Source: an uncultured bacterium
GTDB taxonomy: Bacteria > Auribacterota > Tritonobacteria > UBA1439
DNA length: 12,637 nt
NCBI GenBank assembly: GCA_964460305.1
Contig: CAYWRA010000007.1
Span: 33,631-46,267, forward strand
Direction of reading: 5' to 3'
Below the pieces are notes generated by a model, which did not search any database, was not told the origin of the DNA, and worked only from the letters and a program-made list of their open reading frames with translations. This document shows positions 1 to 5,850 of this stretch, piece after piece; position 1 is the stretch's first letter, and each line of letters opens with the position of its first letter. A program made the position numbers and the translations under genes.

Positions 1-1
1 C

Positions 2-1081
2 TTTATGGTCCTTGCTCACCCAATAGAGACCGCTCACGTCGACGGATGAAGCGCCCGGAGGAAGGTAGAGCTCAACCCAGCGATGATCCTCGGGAGCCAG
101 GTATGCGCCGGATACGGCCACCTCGCTCACGATGAGATGCGGCGCATCACAGGTGGCATATTCATCCACATCGTAGGGGCCGTGGTAAAAATACGGATCT
201 CCGCCGGAAAAGGAATACGTGCAGCCATCGGTGGTGATTGTGATGTTGCCATTTGCCGTGTAGACCTGGGCGGGCACTGGAGTAGGAAGGTTATAGTCAG
301 GAACGCAATAGATCGTTCTTACCCCTGCGGCTATTAAATTGGGTATGGTATCTCTATAACTCTTGCCGTCAGATGTTACGGGGGATGTTTCAGTGCCAGA
401 GATGGTGGCATACTCGGGCGAGATATCTTGGAGATAACCCAAGCCGGAGGTTCCGTTAGTGTCAGTTCCGTGATGGTTTATCTTAAGAACGTCCACGTGT
501 ACGCCTCTTGCCTTAAGCGCAGAACCCAGAGGGCCTTCGACGGAACCATACAGGTCACCGCCGGTTAAATAGTCGAATCCTCCATATTTGACCCACAGGG
601 CCATGCCATTTTTATTTTCGATGTTCGAATCACATGCTATATTCCCCGCCGATGCCTGTCCGATAACCCTGCCATTGGCGGCAACGACGGTCACCGTCAC
701 ATCATCCTTGCTGTAAATGACCTGCCCGGGCGTAACGTTATTTCTATTGTACTGCCCGGAATTGCAAGAAGCACAATGATCCGAGTGGAAATGAGATTTA
801 GTAGTTATATCACCGGTCGCGCAATCGATCGACATTGTTGTCGAATCAGGAAATGTAATTAGATGCCCCTCATCGCTCCCGCTATAGGTGGTAATAGTCA
901 GCACGCCCGAGGATGCAGCCGCCGCTTCCACGCCCCCGGACTCTTCCGTAACATTGAATTCAGCGGCGTCTGAGCCGACACTGGGGCGCGGCACAACGGC
1001 TCCCATCCAGCACAACACGACACAGATGGAGGAGATTGCCATGAGCGCCGCTGGAAAACAAGCTTTGCTGATCAGCTTCAT
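2..1081 (-). CDS. Secreted MBL-fold metallo-hydrolase with C-terminal lamin-tail domain (LTD). It is 3'-truncated, running off the window start with 360 codons visible.
   Basis: Manual minus-strand translation from ATG (complement of 1079-1081) is open to position 2; none of the 360 codon triplets, checked one by one, encodes a minus-strand stop (tta/cta/tca). N-terminus MKLISKACFPAALMAISSICVVLCWMGAVVP looks like a signal peptide. HFHSDH (HxHxDH, MBL signature) lies near 770-790 and a later INHHGTD follows. The C-terminal portion LIVSEVAVSG...HRWVELYLP...VDVSGLYW fits the LTD pattern. Not in the ORF track because there is no in-window stop. An AAGGA-like SD sits about 10 nt upstream of the ATG. 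Confidence 0.7.
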   Translation of the reverse strand, partial: MKLISKACFPAALMAISSICVVLCWMGAVVPRPSVGSDAAEFNVTEESGGVEAAAASSGVLTITTYSGSDEGHLITFPDSTTMSIDCATGDITTKSHFHSDHCASCNSGQYNRNNVTPGQVIYSKDDVTVTVVAANGRVIGQASAGNIACDSNIENKNGMALWVKYGGFDYLTGGDLYGSVEGPLGSALKARGVHVDVLKINHHGTDTNGTSGLGYLQDISPEYATISGTETSPVTSDGKSYRDTIPNLIAAGVRTIYCVPDYNLPTPVPAQVYTANGNITITTDGCTYSFSGGDPYFYHGPYDVDEYATCDAPHLIVSEVAVSGAYLAPEDHRWVELYLPPGASSVDVSGLYWVSKDHK

Positions 1082-1108
1082 CAGTATATATTCCTTTTTC
1101 AGCTACCG

Positions 1109-1117
1109 ATTATACCA
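1109..1117 (-). promoter_or_regulatory. Extended -10 promoter element TGGTATAAT for the MBL/LTD gene
   Basis: Reverse complement of 1109-1117 (attatacca) is TGGTATAAT, a perfect TGnTATAAT. The predicted TSS is about 7 nt downstream (near 1101), giving a roughly 20-nt leader to the ATG at 1081. No good -35 is present, which is acceptable with an extended -10. Confidence 0.4.
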
Positions 1118-1396
1118 CAATTTAGACCGATTTATTCAGCAACTTTCAGCAGGCCAAGAAACATCTCCCTGCCACATTCCACACCAGACCGCTTCGATGT
1201 CTCACCGTTAGGGCGAGCCTGGCGCTGCCAGTAGGGTCATTTTATCTCGCCCCCGGCAGCTACCAGGCCAGCCTGCCCATATCAGAGATCGGCTTATTTT
1301 CCTGCTGAATAATCACATATCGGCGAGCGGAGATTGTCAGGGAATTGTAAAAAGAATGTCATTTAATCGTGGAAGGAACCGCGCCGACGATAACGC

Positions 1397-2260
1397 CTAC
1401 TTCTCCTGCCGTTGCTCCCTTTTGAGCGGGACGACCCCGGCAAGTTCCCCGATCACGTTGATGAGCTCCGTGTCGGAGGGGAGAACCACTTTGGCATTGC
1501 TTTGGAGCGATTTCTCGACGGCCTCGAGCTGCCTGAGAATTTGGGCATTCCCGATGAAATATTTCTGTGCGGCTTCGTTGACTAGCCTGATGGCCTCCGC
1601 TTCCCCCTCGGCCTGGAGTATCCTCGCCTGCTTGATACCCTCAGCCTGCTTGATCTGAGCCCGCTTCTGCCCGTCGGCGGCCGTCTCCGTCGCAGTGGCG
1701 AAATCTATGGCGGCGATCTTCTCGTTCTCCGCCTTCACCACCTTGTTCATCGTCTCCTGCACGTCCTTGGGCGGATCGATCTCCTTCAATTCGGTCCTCA
1801 CGATGTCGATGCCCCAGTTGTGCGTCTCCTCGCATAACGTCTTGTGCAGCTCCTCGTTGATCTTACCCCGCTCGCTGTTCGCGGATTTGAGGGTTAGGGT
1901 TCCGATGATGTTTCTCAAGGTGGTCCTGGCCAGATTTACGATCTGCCACTTGTAGTTGTTCACGTTGTACTGAGAGCTCTTTACGCTCTCCTCGTCGGGT
2001 TTTACCTTGAAATACACCTGGGCATCCACGCGAGCGTTCAGGTTGTCGTTGGTAATGATTTCCTGCGGTTGCGCGTCGACCATCTGCTCGGTGGTGTTTA
2101 TCTGATACATCCGGTCGATCCCCGGAATGATCCAATGGAATCCGGGCATGGCAAACTTGTGATATTTCCCGAGTCGCTCGATAAGGCCGCGGTGCGTCGG
2201 CCTCACGATCCGGACGCCAGCAAAAAATATGACGACCACCGCAATGATTATGAAATACAT
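1397..2260 (-). CDS. SPFH/band-7 domain membrane protein (stomatin/prohibitin/HflC-like)
   Basis: 287-aa ORF with an N-terminal TM helix (MYFIIIAVVVIFFAGVRIV) followed by the typical SPFH core (RGLIERLGKY...PGFHWIIPGIDR...TNDNL...VDAQVYFKV) and a coiled-coil Ala/Glu/Gln-rich C-terminus (QAEGIKQARILQAEGEAEAIRL). AGGAGG SD 9 nt upstream; stop TAG at 1397-1399. Confidence 0.9.
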   Translation of the reverse strand: MYFIIIAVVVIFFAGVRIVRPTHRGLIERLGKYHKFAMPGFHWIIPGIDRMYQINTTEQMVDAQPQEIITNDNLNARVDAQVYFKVKPDEESVKSSQYNVNNYKWQIVNLARTTLRNIIGTLTLKSANSERGKINEELHKTLCEETHNWGIDIVRTELKEIDPPKDVQETMNKVVKAENEKIAAIDFATATETAADGQKRAQIKQAEGIKQARILQAEGEAEAIRLVNEAAQKYFIGNAQILRQLEAVEKSLQSNAKVVLPSDTELINVIGELAGVVPLKREQRQEK

Positions 2261-2386
2261 AGCCCTATCCCTCCTTCCCGACGGACAAAAAACGGCTTTT
2301 TAACCCACGATAGCGCCGTAGATGGCGATTGTCAATGACAAAGCTTTCACCGCGGAGACGCTGAGGGCGCCGCGGTTACGCAGAGC

Positions 2387-2851
2387 CTAACCGCGGAATA
2401 TGAAATAGACCGCCCCCAACAGGCAGAGGCCGGCCCAGGCATAGTTCAGCTTCACCGGCTGGTTCATGTAGAGAAGGGCGAACGGCACGAAAACCGAGAG
2501 GGTGATGACCTCCTGGATGATCTTAAGTTGGGGGAGGTTAAGCACTTCGTACCCGATGCGGTTCGCCGGGACCTGGAGGAGATATTCGAAAAGCGCGATC
2601 CCCCAGCTTGCGATTGCGGCGATAAACCATTTTTTGTCGTAGAGATTCCTCAGGTGCGCGTACCAGGCAAAGGTCATGAAGACGTTCGACAGGACGAGAA
2701 GCGCGATTGTTCTAATGATGGGCGGAATGGAAAACTCCTTCGTTTGTTTTTTCGATTGCCCGGCGAAAGCCGGGAATGGATAGTATAGCGCACTGCACGT
2801 GATCCGCAAGGGAGACACCCCGCCAAGTGGCGAGAACCACTCCCGGCTCAT
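2387..2851 (-). CDS. Small integral membrane protein, DUF486/DMT-superfamily-like (4-TM, about 110-aa core); the annotated ATG gives a 40-aa N-terminal extension
   Basis: The core TIALLVLSNVFMTFAWYAHL...WFIAAIASWGIALFEYLLQVPANRIGY...LKIIQEVITLSVFVPFALLYMNQPVKLNYAWAGLCLLGAVYFIF matches what I recall of the DUF486 (PF04342) small DMT-like proteins. The start at 2849-2851 overlaps the M48 stop as ATGA (ACATGAGCC), indicating translational coupling. An internal perfect SD AAGGAG at about 2737-2742, followed 6 nt later by ATT, could mark a shorter real start near 2728. Confidence 0.65.
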   Translation of the reverse strand: MSREWFSPLGGVSPLRITCSALYYPFPAFAGQSKKQTKEFSIPPIIRTIALLVLSNVFMTFAWYAHLRNLYDKKWFIAAIASWGIALFEYLLQVPANRIGYEVLNLPQLKIIQEVITLSVFVPFALLYMNQPVKLNYAWAGLCLLGAVYFIFRG

Positions 2852-4122
2852 GTGACGATCATCGCGTCCGTCTCAGCCGGCATGCGGCGGAGGTAGCCCC
2901 GCAGGGCGAAGATGCGCTGGAGTATGGGGGGATGGCTGTAATCCAGGAAAACCTTGACCGGGTGGGGCGTCAGGTTTGAGAGATTGTCGGCGCTCAATTT
3001 CTTCAGGGCTGAAATCAGCGCTTCCGGCCTCCCATAGGTCAGCGCGGCGTATGCGTCGGCTTGATACTCGTGTTTCCGCGAAAGGAGGTTCCCTAATATG
3101 GAGAGCACCGTTTGTATCGGAATGAATAGGAAGCCGAAAAAGAAGATGCTCGCATAAATGGAGACATGGCTCATTCCAAATGCCTCAAAAAGCCCCCTGT
3201 TGTTTATGAACAGGGAAAGGACGAAGAACATAAGCCCCGTCGTCAGTATCATGAGGAGGGTGGACTTGAGAATGTGCCCCCTTTTGTAATGACCCATCTC
3301 ATGCGCGAGGACGGAAACCAGCTCATCCACCGTATGTTTTTGGATAAGCGTGTCGAACAACACGATTCTTCGGAACCTCCCAAGACCGGCGAAGAAGGCG
3401 TTTGATTTGCCGGACCTCTTGGAGGCATCCATCGTAAACACACCTCTCATTTTGAAGCCCTGCGACCCGGCATAGTCCTCGATGGCGGTTTTAAGTCCCC
3501 CATCCTCAAGCGGCGTGAATTTGTTGAAAATGGGCATGATGACCGCAGGGGCTATAAAAATGAAGAAGAGCTGAAATAGCGCGATAGCAGCCCAGCAGAA
3601 GAGCCACGCCAGCTCCCCGGCGGCGGAGAAGATCCATATCACCGCCGAGAAGAGAATGCCTCCCAGGAGGGCGCTGAGAAGCCACTTTTTAATGGTGTCC
3701 GTGATGAAAGTCCTGCGAGTAGTTTTGTTGAACCCGAATTTCTCCTCAATGACAAAAGTGTGGTAGGCGTCAAACGGGATGTGGCACAGCTGAGACAGGA
3801 GCATCACCCCACCGGCGAACATAAGACCCGTCGGAATCTGGCCGAAACCGAAACCCCTGGCAAGGCGATCGATAAAATTGAAACCGCCGGCCAGGATGAA
3901 CCCTATTGTGAGTACGGTCGCCAATCCGCCGCTCAGAAGCGAAAGCGTCGTATTCTCCCTGAGATAAGCCTGCGATTTCCCATATTTTGACGGATCGTAC
4001 ACGTCCTTGAATTCATCCGGCAGCTCGGCCTTGAGGTGCCGGAGGTTCAGGAGGTCGGCGGCCAAGTCGAGCAGATAGCCGCCTACGAGAATGACTATAA
4101 TCGCCGCGAGATAGATGTTCAT
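2848..4122 (-). CDS. M48-family zinc metallopeptidase, Ste24/CAAX-prenyl-protease-like (multi-TM, HEXXH)
   Basis: HEMGH (in VLAHEMGHYKRGH) followed by a downstream Glu ligand region (HEYQADAYA); seven or more hydrophobic helices. I prefer the ATG at 4120-4122 (MNIYLAAIIVILVGG...), which has GGGA 7 nt upstream. The ORF-track start at 4161 is a TTG lying inside the heptamer repeat array with no SD. Confidence 0.85.
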   Translation of the reverse strand: MNIYLAAIIVILVGGYLLDLAADLLNLRHLKAELPDEFKDVYDPSKYGKSQAYLRENTTLSLLSGGLATVLTIGFILAGGFNFIDRLARGFGFGQIPTGLMFAGGVMLLSQLCHIPFDAYHTFVIEEKFGFNKTTRRTFITDTIKKWLLSALLGGILFSAVIWIFSAAGELAWLFCWAAIALFQLFFIFIAPAVIMPIFNKFTPLEDGGLKTAIEDYAGSQGFKMRGVFTMDASKRSGKSNAFFAGLGRFRRIVLFDTLIQKHTVDELVSVLAHEMGHYKRGHILKSTLLMILTTGLMFFVLSLFINNRGLFEAFGMSHVSIYASIFFFGFLFIPIQTVLSILGNLLSRKHEYQADAYAALTYGRPEALISALKKLSADNLSNLTPHPVKVFLDYSHPPILQRIFALRGYLRRMPAETDAMIVT

Positions 4123-4125
4123 GTA

Positions 4126-4173
4126 AAATCCCAAATCCCATGGGAAAATCCCAAACCCCAAATCCCAAATCCC
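4126..4173 (-). repeat. Array of six heptamer repeats AAA(T/C)CCC on the plus strand, (GGGAUUU)n in the mRNA sense. It is interrupted by the palindrome TCCCATGGGA and lies immediately 5' of the M48 start codon.
   Basis: Read directly: aaatccc aaatccc atggg aaaatccc aaacccc aaatccc aaatccc. The minus (mRNA) sense gives UUGGGAUUUGGGAUUUGGGGUUUGGGAUUUUCCCAUGGGAUUUGGGAUUUUAC-AUG, with six GGG tracts separated by 3-4 nt. Confidence 0.7.
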
Positions 4174-4210
4174 AATACTGAGAATGACAAATGATAAAAC
4201 ACATAGAAGC

Positions 4211-4255
4211 CAGAATCCGGAATACTGACTCCTGGGCTCTATCTTCCGGATTCTG
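4211..4255. repeat. Perfect 12-bp inverted repeat CAGAATCCGGAA / TTCCGGATTCTG with a 21-nt loop; a third, diverged inverted copy at 4264-4275
   Basis: 4211-4222 cagaatccggaa and 4244-4255 ttccggattctg are exact reverse complements. 4264-4275 attctggattcc is the reverse complement of GGAATCCAGAAT (10/12 match to AGAATCCGGAAT). A small GAATGC-t-GCATTC hairpin lies at 4255-4267. Confidence 0.6.
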
Positions 4256-4296
4256 AATGCTGCATTCTGGATTCCAACCCAATTGCGTTCATCCCC

Positions 4297-4348
4297 CGCC
4301 CCGTCCCGAAGGGATCCCGTTGGGACGGGGCGCGGTTTTCTATTCTTC
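4297..4348 (+). other. Twin-hairpin element copy A with a closing 7-bp stem, followed on the plus strand by a T-rich run, making it terminator-like in the plus orientation only
   Basis: Element is CGCCCCG-TCCCGAAGGGA-TCCCGTTGGGA-CGGGGCG, with outer stem CGCCCCG/CGGGGCG and two 4-bp-stem hairpins with loops GAA and GTT. It is followed after 3 nt by TTTTCTATTCTT (4337-4348). On the minus strand the hairpin is followed by GGGGGAUGAACG, with no U-run. Confidence 0.5.
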
Positions 4349-4389
4349 GTTCCAGGCTAAGGCGCTCTCCAGAAGGGAGACAAGTTAAC

Positions 4390-5739
4390 TCAAAACCGGC
4401 GCCAGAACGCCTTGGCGAGGGTGCGGGACTTCGCGCAGATCTTCTCCTCGTCCACGGTAAGCAGCTCGCCACCGCGCATGAGGATCTTCCCGTTCACGAT
4501 CGTCGTGTCCACTCTCGCCCCGCAGAGGCCGAAGAGGAAATGGCCGAGGAAGGTACCCTCATCAAGCGGGGTTGGCGGAACGTAGTCAAGAACGATCAGA
4601 TCGGCATACGCCCCTTTCGAGAGCGAGCCCACCGGCTTCGCGAAGTGCCGGCGCGCGATCGCCGCATTGTTCCTGAGAAGGAGGCCGCACGACTCGACGA
4701 AGAAGACGCGCGGATCCCTTGCGGCAAGCTTGTGGAGAATGTTCGCAACCCGGACCTCATCGCGCATGTTTGCGGTCATGCCGTCAGTCCCGAGACCGAC
4801 GAGCACGCCTTTAGCGAGCATCTTCATGACCGGCGCCACCCCCACCGCATTGTTCATGTTGGACTGCGGATTGTGCACCACGGGGGTGTCCGTGCTGCGC
4901 AACATATCCATCTCCGCGGGGTTCACGTGCACGCAGTGGATGGCGAGCGATTTCGGGCCGAGGCCTCCCGCCCTGTTCAAACGGCGCACCACGCGCTGGC
5001 AGTACTTCTTCTCATTGACCGCCTGGTCGGCGGCATCCTCCGCCACGTGGACGTGGATGCCGACGCCGAGATCGTTCGCCGCGGCGACGGATTCCACAAG
5101 CGTCTCCTCATTCACCGTAAAGAGGGCGTGAAGTCCGAACATGGCGGAGACCATGTCATTCCCCTTCTTTTGCGCCGCCTGTATTTTTTTGATAAAACGG
5201 ACGTTCTCCGCGATCCCCTCCTTCCCCTTCCCGTAACGGTCGGAGGACCCGAGGCTGAGGCAACCTCGCACACCGGTCTCACGCAGGGCGTCCTCGATCG
5301 GGTCGAGGCAGCCTTCCTGACACCCCTGGCTCTCGTGGTGGTCGATGATGGTGGTGGTTCCGCTCCGTATGCAATCGATGAGCGGAATGAGCGCGCTATA
5401 GTAAAGATCCTCCCTACCCAATGCCTTGTCGAGCGGCCACCAGAGGCGCTCGAGGATCTGGACGAAATTCGCCGGTGGCGGCTGCTTGGGCGATAACCCG
5501 CGGGCGAAGGTCGAATAGAGATGCATGTGAGCGTTGATCATCCCCGGCATAATGACCCTTCCGCCGGCGTCGATGTACGTCGCCCCAACCGCCTTCTTCT
5601 TCAGCGCCGCCGTCTTCCCCACCCCCTCTATGACGTCCCCCTTAATCCATACCGCTCCGTCATGTATGACCTTGTTATTTTCGCCGAGGGTGATGACTAT
5701 TCCGTTGCCGATTAACAGATCCTTTGTTTTAGAAACCAT
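4390..5739 (-). CDS. ssnA: SsnA-family amidohydrolase (metal-dependent hydrolase/deaminase superfamily)
   Basis: 449 aa with a subtype-I amidohydrolase HxH motif (INAHMHLY). Several blocks match what I recall of E. coli SsnA: LWWPLDKALGREDLYYSAL vs LWWRLDRALDEESLYYSGL; IIDHHESQ vs VIDHHASP; HNPQSNMNNAVGV vs HNARSNMNNHVGY; and the C-terminal AFWRRF vs MWRRM. GGAGGGAG SD 5 nt upstream. Confidence 0.9.
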   Translation of the reverse strand: MVSKTKDLLIGNGIVITLGENNKVIHDGAVWIKGDVIEGVGKTAALKKKAVGATYIDAGGRVIMPGMINAHMHLYSTFARGLSPKQPPPANFVQILERLWWPLDKALGREDLYYSALIPLIDCIRSGTTTIIDHHESQGCQEGCLDPIEDALRETGVRGCLSLGSSDRYGKGKEGIAENVRFIKKIQAAQKKGNDMVSAMFGLHALFTVNEETLVESVAAANDLGVGIHVHVAEDAADQAVNEKKYCQRVVRRLNRAGGLGPKSLAIHCVHVNPAEMDMLRSTDTPVVHNPQSNMNNAVGVAPVMKMLAKGVLVGLGTDGMTANMRDEVRVANILHKLAARDPRVFFVESCGLLLRNNAAIARRHFAKPVGSLSKGAYADLIVLDYVPPTPLDEGTFLGHFLFGLCGARVDTTIVNGKILMRGGELLTVDEEKICAKSRTLAKAFWRRF

Positions 5740-5784
5740 AACTCCCTCCGTAATAGTTAATTATGAACTTATCCACAAACATGT

Positions 5785-5818
5785 ACCCTTTCCCAAAGGG
5801 ACCCCGTTGGGGAAGGGT
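5785..5818 (+). repeat. Twin-hairpin element copy B with a closing 6-bp stem
   Basis: Element is ACCCTT-TCCCAAAGGGA-CCCCGTTGGGG-AAGGGT, 32 nt downstream of the ygfK-like stop in the mRNA sense. The architecture and orientation match copy A. Confidence 0.6.
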
Positions 5819-5850
5819 GCTCTACGGTGTGTGCTACAACATTCCCCAGC

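Noticed and set aside
888-1211. Plus-strand 107-aa ORF at the left end
   Set aside because: It overlaps the start of the minus-strand MBL/LTD gene and its promoter. The minus-strand frame carries a signal peptide and an HxHxDH motif, whereas this ORF has no features.
4126-4173. Telomere-like (TTTGGGA/CCCTAAA-like) repeat suggesting eukaryotic or linear-replicon origin
   Set aside because: Only six copies lie inside a bacterial operon spacer, directly abutting a start codon. A leader regulatory element is more parsimonious.
4297-4348. Rho-independent terminator ending the ssnA transcript
   Set aside because: The U-rich run follows the hairpin only on the plus strand. In the minus (gene) orientation the hairpin is followed by GGGGGAUGAACG. 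So it is not a canonical terminator for the minus-strand genes, and it is kept only as a structural element or possible antisense terminator.
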